The notes beneath the pieces were generated by a model. That model ran no database searches. It was given only the letters and a program-made list of their open reading frames with translations, and was not told the DNA's origin. This document shows, piece by piece, positions 18,403 through 28,085 of a stretch of 64,000 nt of DNA; the first letter of the stretch is position 1, and each line of letters starts with the position of its first letter. Location of the stretch: positions 585 to 64,584 of the forward strand of contig CAUTNA010000004.1 in assembly GCA_963540515.1 (NCBI GenBank), written 5' to 3'. A program made the position numbers and the translations under genes. Origin of the DNA: an uncultured Alphaproteobacteria bacterium. Lineage in GTDB: Bacteria; Pseudomonadota; Alphaproteobacteria; Rs-D84.

Positions 18403-20808
18403 ATGAAAAAGTTAAAAAAACAGTTTTTAGAGATAAGAAAAAATATTCCTAAACAAACACAGTGGTTAATGTTAATTGCTGTGTTTGTAATAGTGCTTAT
18501 ACTGATGACATTGCTTCTTAATAAAAAAAATAATAGAACAAAAATTCCAGATATTAATACAGAATCTCCAGTACTTACAATTTCACCTAAGACAGAATTA
18601 GATTTAACAAATATTGAAGTTGGAGATACAAGAATAGAAGACTTTATTATTTCAGCAAATAAAGATGTAAAAGTATTATCTGTAAAATTTGAAAATGATA
18701 TAGAAGGACTTTCAAAAAAAACAACTTGTGAAAATATAGGAAAAATAAATACAAAAGTAACTTGTAATATAAATATTGAATTTAAACCAAAAAATAAAAT
18801 AGACACAAAAATAACTGCAATTTTAATTGATTGGAGAGGTGCTTTTGAACCTGAAAAAATGAATAAAACAGACAGAATAAATATAACAATTAATTCTAAA
18901 GAAAAAAAAGATGAAAAAATTGAGATAAAAGAAGAATCTGAAAAAGTTAGTTCTGATACTAATAAAGAAGAACAAAAGAAAGAAAATGAAACTATTGATA
19001 CTAAAGAAGAAATTAAAGGAAATATAGAGACAGAAAAAATTGAAGAAAATAAACCAATAATTTCAGAGGAAATTAAAGAAGAGATAAAAAAAGATATAGA
19101 AGATATTTCAAAAGATCCTTTAAAAATGGAAGAAGAATTTGAAAAAACTACAGAAGAAGATACAAATGAAAATAAAAGCGAGAGTTGTTCAGAATTTTCA
19201 TTTCCAGGATATAGTATATCAGGGGATCAAATTGGTTGGATAAAACCTGAAAAAGGATCATATAAATTTTATCCTTTTTCTGATAAAACTTGTACAAATC
19301 CAACAGGTACATACAACCCAGATAATGGAATTATAACTGATATAAAGGATTCATCAAAAAAAATAGGAACTGATGCTGATCATATTGGAGGAGCAACAAA
19401 TATAACAGTATCAAATATACCAAGCCTTTCAAAAGCACCAGATGCAAGACCAGTAAATAAAGCAAAGCAACTAACCGCAGACGAAGTAAAAGATTTTACA
19501 TATGGAGAGGCTAAGCAAGTTGTAGTACAAACAAGCGATTTTAATAAATATAAACCTTCTTCTTTAGGACAAGATAATGGAACTAATAGTAATGTAACAA
19601 TATCTAGTGAACCATATAATAGAACATTTGTACTTCGTCAATATAAACCAATACCTGCTACAATTGTAACAGAAATTAAAGCAGTTAAAGATGGTTCAAA
19701 ATTACCAGTTACTGCAACAGTTGATAGAAATGTTTATTCAGATAATGGAAGAACAATTATACTTCCAACAGGAACTTTAATGCTTGGGTATGTTTCAGAT
19801 GAAAATGTACCTGGTCCATATAAATCAATAGGACGTATGAATTTAGAATGGTATCGATTTGTAAGACCAGATGGTGTTGAATTTAATTTTATTGATAAAA
19901 GACCTTTTGCAGGTGATGCACAAGGAAGATCTGGAGTTCCTGGGCATGGTAGTACCGATTATATAGAAGAATTTTTTATGCCAATGTTAACTGCAATTGT
20001 TCCTGCTGCGGTTAATATGATAGCACCAATTTCAGATAAAATAGTGAATCAAATTAACTTAGACTCAAATGTAGTAACACAAACAGGACAAGTAAGATCC
20101 TCTGAACTTGCAAAAAATGAAATAGTTAAATCTTGGGATAGAATAGCACAAAAATTATTAACAGATTCTATGAATAATACAGTGCCACCATTTTCAATAG
20201 CAGCAGGAACAAGAATTACCGTATACTCACCAACTGATTTAATTGTAACTTGTGGTGAAAATACAGGTAAAAATTGTGCTATAACAGCACCAAGTAGAGA
20301 ATATGCAGAATATAAACCTAAAAACTTGGAACCTGGTGGAGGAGATTATAAAAATTCTTTAGTTGGACAAGTTAGATCTTTTAATTTAGACGGTTTTTGT
20401 ATGACAGATGAAAAAACTCGTAGAATAACCGTTGATGAAAATAAGCTTAAAAATTCTGGTTATGACTATAGAACAGTATTATTCTATTGCCAATCAAAAC
20501 AATATGATGCGATTAATAATGCCAAACAAGATGCTATATTTAAAAATCAACAAGAAATTGGTGGTAAGATAGAGAAAGGATCAAAAGAATATAATGAGAA
20601 AACACTAGGACTGGAATACGAAGGAGATAAAATAAAAAATCCATTTGAACAGAAAAAAGAGGAAGCACCTTCTGGTTTGAAATGTGAGGATGGAACATCA
20701 CCAGATTCAAACGGATGTTGTACTGGTGAAAAATATACAGATATGGGTGAACAAGGATTTAATTGTTGTCCTGAAGCAGGTGGTGACTGCTTCCCACCAT
20801 TAAAATAA
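18403..20808 (+). CDS. virB10: VirB10/TrbI-like T4SS protein with an E/K-rich repeat linker and a Cys-rich C-terminal extension
   Basis: N-terminal cytoplasmic segment plus TM (LMLIAVFVIVLILMTLLL), then a low-complexity E/K/I repeat region. The TrbI/VirB10 beta-barrel motifs DAQGRSGVPGHG and AAGTRITVYSPTDL are present. Beyond the usual C-terminus there are ~190 extra residues with at least 12 cysteines. Confidence 0.65.
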   Translation: MKKLKKQFLEIRKNIPKQTQWLMLIAVFVIVLILMTLLLNKKNNRTKIPDINTESPVLTISPKTELDLTNIEVGDTRIEDFIISANKDVKVLSVKFENDIEGLSKKTTCENIGKINTKVTCNINIEFKPKNKIDTKITAILIDWRGAFEPEKMNKTDRINITINSKEKKDEKIEIKEESEKVSSDTNKEEQKKENETIDTKEEIKGNIETEKIEENKPIISEEIKEEIKKDIEDISKDPLKMEEEFEKTTEEDTNENKSESCSEFSFPGYSISGDQIGWIKPEKGSYKFYPFSDKTCTNPTGTYNPDNGIITDIKDSSKKIGTDADHIGGATNITVSNIPSLSKAPDARPVNKAKQLTADEVKDFTYGEAKQVVVQTSDFNKYKPSSLGQDNGTNSNVTISSEPYNRTFVLRQYKPIPATIVTEIKAVKDGSKLPVTATVDRNVYSDNGRTIILPTGTLMLGYVSDENVPGPYKSIGRMNLEWYRFVRPDGVEFNFIDKRPFAGDAQGRSGVPGHGSTDYIEEFFMPMLTAIVPAAVNMIAPISDKIVNQINLDSNVVTQTGQVRSSELAKNEIVKSWDRIAQKLLTDSMNNTVPPFSIAAGTRITVYSPTDLIVTCGENTGKNCAITAPSREYAEYKPKNLEPGGGDYKNSLVGQVRSFNLDGFCMTDEKTRRITVDENKLKNSGYDYRTVLFYCQSKQYDAINNAKQDAIFKNQQEIGGKIEKGSKEYNEKTLGLEYEGDKIKNPFEQKKEEAPSGLKCEDGTSPDSNGCCTGEKYTDMGEQGFNCCPEAGGDCFPPLK

Positions 20809-20973
20809 TAAAAGTTATTTAATCTTAGACTTGTTTTATCTATAAAATATTTTATATAGATAAGGATAAATATTTTTCTTAAATTAAGAATAAAAACTAG
20901 TTTATAAATATTGAAGAAATAGAAAAAAGAAAAATTAGTAATTTAAAACTAATAAAATAAACTTTTATTTGTT

Positions 20974-21672
20974 TTAATCTCTCCAAGATACAGATTCAAA
21001 TAAACTATTTATTTTATTTTTATATTCAATATCATTAAAAAATTTATTTCTCTCTGTATCTGTAGTTTTGTTATCTTCTTTTTCAAAATGAGGAATATAT
21101 TTTTGAACAGCATATTTTTTAACACCTTTAGATGATAAAAATTTAGCTATTTCTAATAAATCTTCTTTAGAGATAAAACGAGGATCACAAGTTGTTCTTA
21201 CTTCTCCATCTTTGCCTGAATCTAACCAAACTTGTAAACTTTTTAATAAAAAATCATATCCTAAAGAAATTCCTGTTACCCTATCAAAATTATTTTTAGT
21301 TCCTTTAAAATCTAATCCCAACCAATCTACAAACTCTAAAGCCTTTTTCAATTTTTCTGGATAAAAGCCATTTGAATGAAGTCCAATATAAAAACCCATT
21401 TCTTTAACAAGTTTTATATATTCAATTAAATTATCTCCTTGCATTAAAGCTTCACCACCTGAAAAAACAACTGCTTCTAATTTTCCCTTCCTTGTATTTA
21501 ACCATTCTAAAATTTTATCAGGATCATATTCACCAAGACCAACTTCAATAAGATGAGGATTTGAACAGTAAGGACACCTCATAGGGCAGCCTTTTAAAAA
21601 CAAAACGGCGGACAACTTTCCAGGATAATCAATAGTTGTAAAAGGGGTAAAACCGCCGATTTGTATAGTCAT
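20974..21672 (-). CDS. nrdG: Anaerobic ribonucleoside-triphosphate reductase activating protein (radical SAM)
   Basis: CPMRCPYC radical-SAM cluster motif near the N-terminus; 232 aa; adjacent to nrdD. Confidence 0.85.
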   Translation of the reverse strand: MTIQIGGFTPFTTIDYPGKLSAVLFLKGCPMRCPYCSNPHLIEVGLGEYDPDKILEWLNTRKGKLEAVVFSGGEALMQGDNLIEYIKLVKEMGFYIGLHSNGFYPEKLKKALEFVDWLGLDFKGTKNNFDRVTGISLGYDFLLKSLQVWLDSGKDGEVRTTCDPRFISKEDLLEIAKFLSSKGVKKYAVQKYIPHFEKEDNKTTDTERNKFFNDIEYKNKINSLFESVSWRD

Positions 21673-21681
21673 AAAATACCT

Positions 21682-21855
21682 TTAAGCAGCTTTTTTCAAA
21701 AGAGAGTTATGGCGCATTCCTGCAGATATTCCATTTTCTTCTTTAAACATTTTTCTTTCACAAAATTCAGAATACTTACCAATATTAAAATTAGAAACAG
21801 GTCTGATAAAACCCATAGATCTTGAAAATACTTCACATTTTGTTCTTTCTTTCAT
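21682..21855 (-). CDS. Small glycyl-radical-domain protein: a separate C-terminal module of class III RNR (start placed at the ATG preceded by the AGAGGAG Shine-Dalgarno; the track ORF begins 3 codons earlier at GTG)
   Basis: SRSMGFIRPVSNFNIGKYSEFCERK matches the NrdD C-terminal glycyl-radical motif (R-x-x-G-Y/F ... N-x-G-K...E). It has its own RBS and is in a different frame from nrdD. Confidence 0.5.
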   Translation of the reverse strand: MKERTKCEVFSRSMGFIRPVSNFNIGKYSEFCERKMFKEENGISAGMRHNSLLKKAA

Positions 21856-21878
21856 TTTTTTCACTCCTCTGTTTTTTG

Positions 21879-23891
21879 TTAATCAATCTTTGTTTCATTT
21901 GCAACTGAAAGTTCTGCATCACACTTTGGGCAGAATTCATATTTACCAGCCAAATAACCGTGCTTTGGACATATTGAAAATGTTGGTGTCAATGTCATAT
22001 AAGGTATCTTATAATTCTCAAAGATAGTTTTTACTATTTTTTGTGCAGCCTCTCCTGATGATACTGGTTCTCCCATATATAAGTGCAACATAGTTCCGCC
22101 CGTATATTTTCTTTGCAGTTCTTCTTGATGTTCCAAAGCAACAAAAGGATCATCTGTATAGTTAACTGGTAATTGAGATGAATTTGTATAGTAAGGTGCA
22201 TCTTTTGTACCAGCAGTTATTATATCTGGATAATTTTTAATATCAGTTTTAGCAAATCTGTATGAACAACCTTCAGCTGGTGTTGCCTCTAAATTATATA
22301 AATTTCCAGTTTCTTCTTGGTATTTTACCAGATTATCACGAATGTAATCCATAACCTCTAATACCAAATTTTTACCAAAATCTGTCGCAATACTATCTTT
22401 ACCAGAAGTAAAGTTTAAAACCATTTCATTAGAACCATTTATTCCAATTGTTGAAAAATGATTATTCCAAGTATTTAAATAACGTTTTGTAAATGGATAT
22501 AGTCCCCTTTCCATATTTTTAGTTATAACTTTTCTTTTTATCTCTAAAGATTCTCTTGCTAAATCAAGAAGTCTTTGTAATTCTCTGAATAATCCTTCTT
22601 TATTACCTTTATAAATATATCCAAGTCTTGCCAAATTAATAGTTACAACCCCAATAGATCCTGTTTTTTCAGCAGAACCAAATAATCCACCACCACGTTT
22701 TAAAAGTTCTCTTACATCTAAACGTAATCTGCAACACATAGAACGAACATCAGTAGGGTTTAAATCAGAATTTAAAAAATTCTGAAAATTTGGTATTCCA
22801 TATTTTGCAGCTAAATCAAATAAAGGCTTTGTATTTGGATGATCCCAAGGAAAATCATCTGTTATATTGTATGTAGGAATTGGAAAAGTAAATGGTCTGC
22901 CGTGTGCATCACCTTCTGTCATAACTTCAATAAAAGCTTTGTTCAAAATATCCATTTCTTCTTGAAGTTCTCCATAAGTAAAATCAACATATTTTCCACC
23001 AACAAAAGGTTTTTGTTCTCTCAAATCTTTTGGACAAACCCAATCAAAAGTAAAATTGATAAAAGGTGTCTGAGTTCCCCAACGACATGGAACAGCACAA
23101 TTAAAAACAAGAGTTTGCATAGCATTTTTCACATCTTTATAAGATAATTTATCAACTCTTATATATGGGGCAAGATATGTATCAACAGATGAAAAAGCTT
23201 GAGCACCAGCAAATTCATTTTGAAGTGTTCCCAAGAAATTTACCATATGCGATACAGCTGTCACCATATGTTTTGCAGGTGAACATTGTAAAAATCCAGG
23301 AACTCCATTAAATCCTTCATACAACAATTCACGAAGTGACCAACCTGCACAATATCCAGTAAGCCAACCAAGATCATGAATATGAACAGCTGCAGTTTTA
23401 TGAGCCTGCGCTATTTCTTCTGGGTATAAATTTAACCAATATTCTGCAACAACTCTTTCTGATGTTCTTAAAATAAGTCCACCTATTGAATAACCAACAT
23501 TAGCATTCTCTTTAACTCTCCAATCTGCTGCTTTTACATATCCATCAATAATATCAACAGCATCAACCATAGAATTTCTTATTTCAGCTTTCTTTTGTCT
23601 ATAGACTATATAAGCTTCCGCAGTCTTATAAACTTTAAAATTCATTAATTCTTCAACTACTATATCTTGTATTTCTTCAACAGATGGAATTTTATTAGCA
23701 AAGCGATCTTCAAGTCTTTTTATAATACTATCTACTATATCTAAAACCCTAGAATCATTAATTTCTCCAGTAGAATCAGCTGCTTTTTTTATTGCATTAA
23801 ATATATATTTTGAATCAAAAGAAACCTGACTTCCATCCCTTTTTATTACGTAGTTTAAACCAGAATTACAAGAGCAATTATCACAACACAT
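21879..23891 (-). CDS. nrdD: Anaerobic ribonucleoside-triphosphate reductase, class III, catalytic subunit lacking the terminal glycyl-radical segment
   Basis: 670 aa with an N-terminal ATP-cone-like region and a C-terminal Zn ribbon (CPKHGYLAGKYEFCPKC). The ORF ends before the glycyl-radical motif. Confidence 0.85.
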   Translation of the reverse strand: MCCDNCSCNSGLNYVIKRDGSQVSFDSKYIFNAIKKAADSTGEINDSRVLDIVDSIIKRLEDRFANKIPSVEEIQDIVVEELMNFKVYKTAEAYIVYRQKKAEIRNSMVDAVDIIDGYVKAADWRVKENANVGYSIGGLILRTSERVVAEYWLNLYPEEIAQAHKTAAVHIHDLGWLTGYCAGWSLRELLYEGFNGVPGFLQCSPAKHMVTAVSHMVNFLGTLQNEFAGAQAFSSVDTYLAPYIRVDKLSYKDVKNAMQTLVFNCAVPCRWGTQTPFINFTFDWVCPKDLREQKPFVGGKYVDFTYGELQEEMDILNKAFIEVMTEGDAHGRPFTFPIPTYNITDDFPWDHPNTKPLFDLAAKYGIPNFQNFLNSDLNPTDVRSMCCRLRLDVRELLKRGGGLFGSAEKTGSIGVVTINLARLGYIYKGNKEGLFRELQRLLDLARESLEIKRKVITKNMERGLYPFTKRYLNTWNNHFSTIGINGSNEMVLNFTSGKDSIATDFGKNLVLEVMDYIRDNLVKYQEETGNLYNLEATPAEGCSYRFAKTDIKNYPDIITAGTKDAPYYTNSSQLPVNYTDDPFVALEHQEELQRKYTGGTMLHLYMGEPVSSGEAAQKIVKTIFENYKIPYMTLTPTFSICPKHGYLAGKYEFCPKCDAELSVANETKID

Positions 23892-24197
23892 ATTTCTGCC
23901 TCTTTACAAGATATAGTTATATATTTCTAATTAAGATACAATATATAGATAAAATTAAATTAACACAATATACAAAACGAAAAAAAAAATATTTTTTTAC
24001 TGGACAATTTAAAACGGCTGAAAACCTATATTTATATAAAAACGAATCGATCTAAAATATACTTTTATGTACATAAAATATAAATAATCAATAACTTTAC
24101 ATAAAAATAATATGGGATATATCTATAACTAAATATTTTATTAAAATAAATATATTCGAATCTATATATAGATTTATATATTTTTCTCAGATTGACT

Positions 24198-24230
24198 TAA
24201 AAAAACTCCAAATTTATTGGAGTTTTTATT
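24198..24230 (-). terminator. Bidirectional rho-independent terminator: AACTCCAA/TTGGAGTT stem flanked by A- and T-runs, downstream of yidC
   Basis: Seen in the sequence. Confidence 0.55.
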
Positions 24231-24246
24231 ATTTCTAGACAAAAAC

Positions 24247-25779
24247 TTACTTTACTTTCTTTATAAGATAAATCTGTGCAATACCACAAAGATTTGAAAC
24301 AGTCCAATATAATACCAATCCTGCAGGCATCATAGAAAACATAATTGTAAATATAACAGGCATCCATTTAGTAATTCTTTGAGTACTCTTAGCTATATCA
24401 GAAAGAGATGAAGTATTTTGATTTGATTGAACTTTCTGTTGCCACCAAATTGTAAGTCCCATCAAGATTGGCAATATGAAAAATTTATCCATACTTGATA
24501 AATCCATTATCCATAAAAACTCTGCATGACGCATAGGAACTGATATAAGCAAAGCTTTATATAATGCAAAGAAAATAGGTATTTGCAATAACATCGGTAA
24601 ACAACCAGACATAGGTGAAGTCTTATTTGATTGATATAATTTCATCAATTCCATTTGCATACGCATTTTATCACCAGCATAAAGTTTTTGTATTTTTTCC
24701 ATCTCTGGTTGCATCTTCTGCATATTAGCCATAGATTTATATGATTTTCTTGTAAGAGGCGAAATAAGAATTCTCAAAATTATGGTAAATAAAATTATTG
24801 CTATACCATAACTTCCAACTAAATTATTTAATAAATTTAAAATTAATAGCATTGGATAAGATAAAAACCAAAACCAACCATAATCAACTATACTATCTAT
24901 ACCACTTATATTTTTTTCAACCATAGATAAAGTTGAATTATCTCTAGGTCCTGCATAAATATTCGTAATAAATTCCTGTGAATTACCAGCTTTTAAAGAT
25001 TTATTTGGTGAAATAGTATCCACCTTATACTTATCACCAATTTTTTTCATATTAATAGTTTGATCTAAACTATTAGTACTTGTTATAACTCCAAAATATT
25101 GATTAAGAAATCCAATAAATCCTTTTGTTGTGTGATAAACATATTGTTTATCATCTAATTTTTTTAAATTTTTAACTTCCAAATCTTCATTTATATATGC
25201 AATTGCACCAACAGATACATTAGAATTAACAGAATTATTTAGATCTAAATTATCAACTACAGATGAATAATTAGATATTAAAATATCTTTTTTAGTTTTA
25301 TTTATAACTTTATCTTTTATAGTAATTAAATAATTATCACTTGTTATTAATCTTTCAAATAAAACTCCATCTTTATTTTTATAAGAACACAAAATATTAT
25401 TATTTATTTTTTTACAATTCCAAAAAGTATTAATGTCTGGAACTTGAATATTTCCCGTAAATCCAAATTCAACAAAGTTTCCATTTTTAACTAGAATAAC
25501 TTTTTTTTCTGATTTTTTTGACTCTTCATAATCTTTTAAAATTATATTAGATATTTGACCAGAAGAAACTTCAAAAGAAATTTTATCATTTTCAAAATAA
25601 GTTTTTTTAATAGAAGAAACTTCTATTTTTTCAGAACCATTAAAACTTTCACTTTTATTAGTTTTATGAGGAAAAATATAACTAAATACTATCCAAGATA
25701 TTATGAATATTAAAAAATAAATAAAAAAACTAAATTTAGATTCTTTTTTTTCTGAACTACTATCTAAATATCTAACCAT
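24247..25779 (-). CDS. yidC: Membrane protein insertase YidC
   Basis: 510 aa; N-terminal TM, periplasmic domain and conserved YidC/Oxa1 core (…GCLPMLLQIPIFFALY…). Confidence 0.85.
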   Translation of the reverse strand: MVRYLDSSSEKKESKFSFFIYFLIFIISWIVFSYIFPHKTNKSESFNGSEKIEVSSIKKTYFENDKISFEVSSGQISNIILKDYEESKKSEKKVILVKNGNFVEFGFTGNIQVPDINTFWNCKKINNNILCSYKNKDGVLFERLITSDNYLITIKDKVINKTKKDILISNYSSVVDNLDLNNSVNSNVSVGAIAYINEDLEVKNLKKLDDKQYVYHTTKGFIGFLNQYFGVITSTNSLDQTINMKKIGDKYKVDTISPNKSLKAGNSQEFITNIYAGPRDNSTLSMVEKNISGIDSIVDYGWFWFLSYPMLLILNLLNNLVGSYGIAIILFTIILRILISPLTRKSYKSMANMQKMQPEMEKIQKLYAGDKMRMQMELMKLYQSNKTSPMSGCLPMLLQIPIFFALYKALLISVPMRHAEFLWIMDLSSMDKFFILPILMGLTIWWQQKVQSNQNTSSLSDIAKSTQRITKWMPVIFTIMFSMMPAGLVLYWTVSNLCGIAQIYLIKKVK

Positions 25780-25786
25780 CTAAAAC

Positions 25787-26296
25787 CTACTTTTTTCTAT
25801 TAATTATTAAATTTAAAATATATAAAAATATACCAAAAGATATACATATATCTGCAAAATTAAATGCTGGCCAATGTAATCCTCCAAAATGAAAATCGAG
25901 AAAATCTACAACTGCACCAAAACGAATTCTATCTATTAAATTACCAAGTGCTCCTCCTATTATAAACATAAGGGGAACTCTTTCATAAGACTTTGCTTTG
26001 AAAAAGAAGTAATGAAACATAAAACCAATAATAAGTCCAGTTATAAAAATAATTATAAACTGATATGATTCTCCTAAACTTCTAAAAAAAGAAAAAGATG
26101 TTCCAAAATTCCAAGTAAAAACTATATTAAAAAAATTAGTCACTTGATTCATCATATAAGGTACAGGTATCAAATCCCAAGCATTTAAAAAAAGAGGAAC
26201 TTGGTTTGATATCATATAAATCAAAATCCCTTTTGATACTTGATCTAAAACTATTAATAAAAATATAATAGAAAAAAACTTAAATATATTTTTCAT
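25787..26296 (-). CDS. lspA: Lipoprotein signal peptidase (signal peptidase II)
   Basis: 169 aa with four TMs and a FNFAD motif. Confidence 0.8.
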   Translation of the reverse strand: MKNIFKFFSIIFLLIVLDQVSKGILIYMISNQVPLFLNAWDLIPVPYMMNQVTNFFNIVFTWNFGTSFSFFRSLGESYQFIIIFITGLIIGFMFHYFFFKAKSYERVPLMFIIGGALGNLIDRIRFGAVVDFLDFHFGGLHWPAFNFADICISFGIFLYILNLIINRKK

Positions 26297-26350
26297 ACAA
26301 AAACCTTTCTAGCAAAATACAACTTATAAAGTTAAAAGCAAGTTTTATAG

Positions 26351-28054
26351 CTATTTCATATCAGATAAACTATCTAACTTTGCATAATTATTTTTACGAA
26401 GTTCCATTACTAAATCATCTATTTTACCTGATTTTACACCTATACTTTCAAGTAAACCTGAACCCAATAAAAAAGATGACTCAACAGTTTCTGGATATAT
26501 ATCCTTTACCCCTTCTGCTATTAAAACTTTGGATTCTTCCATATTTTTAGCTCTTGCAAAAATTTTAACTTTTTTAGCTATGCTTTTTACTGCTCTTATT
26601 GTACTTTTCGAAACCCAAACATTATCAAGGGCTATGATAAGAGCTTTTGTTTTCTTATTAGAAAGTCCAATCTCTTGTAATACATCAACATTAGTAGAAT
26701 CACCATAACAAGTATTAAATCCATTTTCACGACCACGAATAACCATATCAACATTCATATCAATAGCAACATATGAAATATTTTCGATACTCAACATCTT
26801 TGCAACAATTTGACCAACTCTACCAAAACCACAAATTATAACAGATGGAGATTCAGTCATTTTCTCAGATTTATCTAATATTTTCTTCTTAGATTTTCCT
26901 AATATTTGTTTTCTTTGTAAGCAATCATAAATGGTTATTAGAATTGGTGTCATCATTATAGATAAAACAATTATAGCTATTAAAATTTCACTATGCGCCT
27001 GTGGTATAGACTCTATACCAGAAATTTTCATTGTTTGAATTATAAGTAATCCAAATTCTCCACCTTGTGCCAACACTAAGGCTATTAAAAAAGCATCTCG
27101 AGATTTTATATCACGAACACGTGCAACAATATAAATTGCAAAAAATTTGATTGAAATTAAAGTAAAAAGTCCAATTAATACAATTTCCCAATTATTGAGT
27201 AATACTTTTACATTTAAGCCAAGTCCTAAAGATATAAAGAAAAAAGCTAGGAATAAAATAGAATATGGATTAAGTTCTGCCTTAATTTGATGTCTGTATA
27301 TAGTTTCAGATAAAAGCATACCAGATAAAAAAGCACCAAGTGTTGGAGGTAATCCAATTAATTGTAAAATACTTGCTAGTAATATTATATTTAACAAAAC
27401 AGCCAAAAGTAATGCTTCTTTTGATTTCAATTTAGCAACCATACGCATAAAAGGATTAATTAAAAGTTTTCCAACAATAATTACACAAATTATAAGTCCA
27501 ACAGACATAACAAGTATATCTATTACATTTGCTCCTAAATTTACAGATTTACCAGCAAGTACTGGAAGCATTGCAAGAAGCGGAATCGATAATAAATCCT
27601 GAAAAAGAAGTATAGAAAAAGATTGACGACCAAGATTTGAATGAAGTTCATTTCGTTCTGCTAATATTTGTAAGTCTGATGATGTACTTGACATAGCAAA
27701 TATTAAAGAAACCATTATAATACTCATTATACTCCAACTTGTTAAACCAAACAAAATTGGAAAAAACATAATTACAACCATTAATACTTGAGTTGCACCA
27801 AAACCAAAAATATTTGATTTCATCTGCCAAAGTCTTTTTATATTTATCTCAAGTCCCATATTAAACCATAAAAACATAATTCCAACTTCACCTAAGAAAT
27901 TCCAAAGTTGTGATGCTTTAAAAATATCAAGAATATATGGTCCTGCCAAAACACCGGATAATAAAAATGCAAGCAATACTCCAATTTTAGTAATTTTAAA
28001 GAACAAAACTAAAAAAAATGCAATAACAAGAAATAATAATATAGACTCTGCCAT
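26351..28054 (-). CDS. CPA2-family monovalent cation:proton antiporter with a C-terminal TrkA-N/KTN domain (KefB/KefC-like)
   Basis: Multi-TM exchanger domain followed by a Rossmann motif (ICGFGRVGQ). Confidence 0.7.
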   Translation of the reverse strand: MAESILLFLVIAFFLVLFFKITKIGVLLAFLLSGVLAGPYILDIFKASQLWNFLGEVGIMFLWFNMGLEINIKRLWQMKSNIFGFGATQVLMVVIMFFPILFGLTSWSIMSIIMVSLIFAMSSTSSDLQILAERNELHSNLGRQSFSILLFQDLLSIPLLAMLPVLAGKSVNLGANVIDILVMSVGLIICVIIVGKLLINPFMRMVAKLKSKEALLLAVLLNIILLASILQLIGLPPTLGAFLSGMLLSETIYRHQIKAELNPYSILFLAFFFISLGLGLNVKVLLNNWEIVLIGLFTLISIKFFAIYIVARVRDIKSRDAFLIALVLAQGGEFGLLIIQTMKISGIESIPQAHSEILIAIIVLSIMMTPILITIYDCLQRKQILGKSKKKILDKSEKMTESPSVIICGFGRVGQIVAKMLSIENISYVAIDMNVDMVIRGRENGFNTCYGDSTNVDVLQEIGLSNKKTKALIIALDNVWVSKSTIRAVKSIAKKVKIFARAKNMEESKVLIAEGVKDIYPETVESSFLLGSGLLESIGVKSGKIDDLVMELRKNNYAKLDSLSDMK

Positions 28055-28085
28055 TTTTTCTCTCTCTAAAGTAGAATTTATTATA

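Noticed and set aside
16238-20808. Considered that the 226/489/801-aa trio might be Dot/Icm type IVB components (IcmL/DotI, IcmK/DotH, IcmE/DotG), because of the gene order and the repeat-containing large third protein.
   Set aside because: The first protein carries the VirB8-specific NPLG(x)V motif near its C-terminus, and the third ends with the VirB10/TrbI AAGTRI...DL block. The rpoC and ValRS types also indicate an alphaproteobacterial Rickettsiales-like genome, where VirB (type IVA) systems are the norm. VirB8-9-10 is the more economical call.
24159-24174. A perfect 16-bp palindrome AATCTATATATAGATT in the nrdD-yidC intergenic region, considered as an NrdR or FNR-type operator for the anaerobic RNR.
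   Set aside because: It lies about 270 bp from the nrdD start, matches neither the NrdR box (acaCwAtATaTwGtgt) nor the FNR box (TTGAT-N4-ATCAA), and TA-repeat palindromes are expected by chance in DNA this AT-rich.
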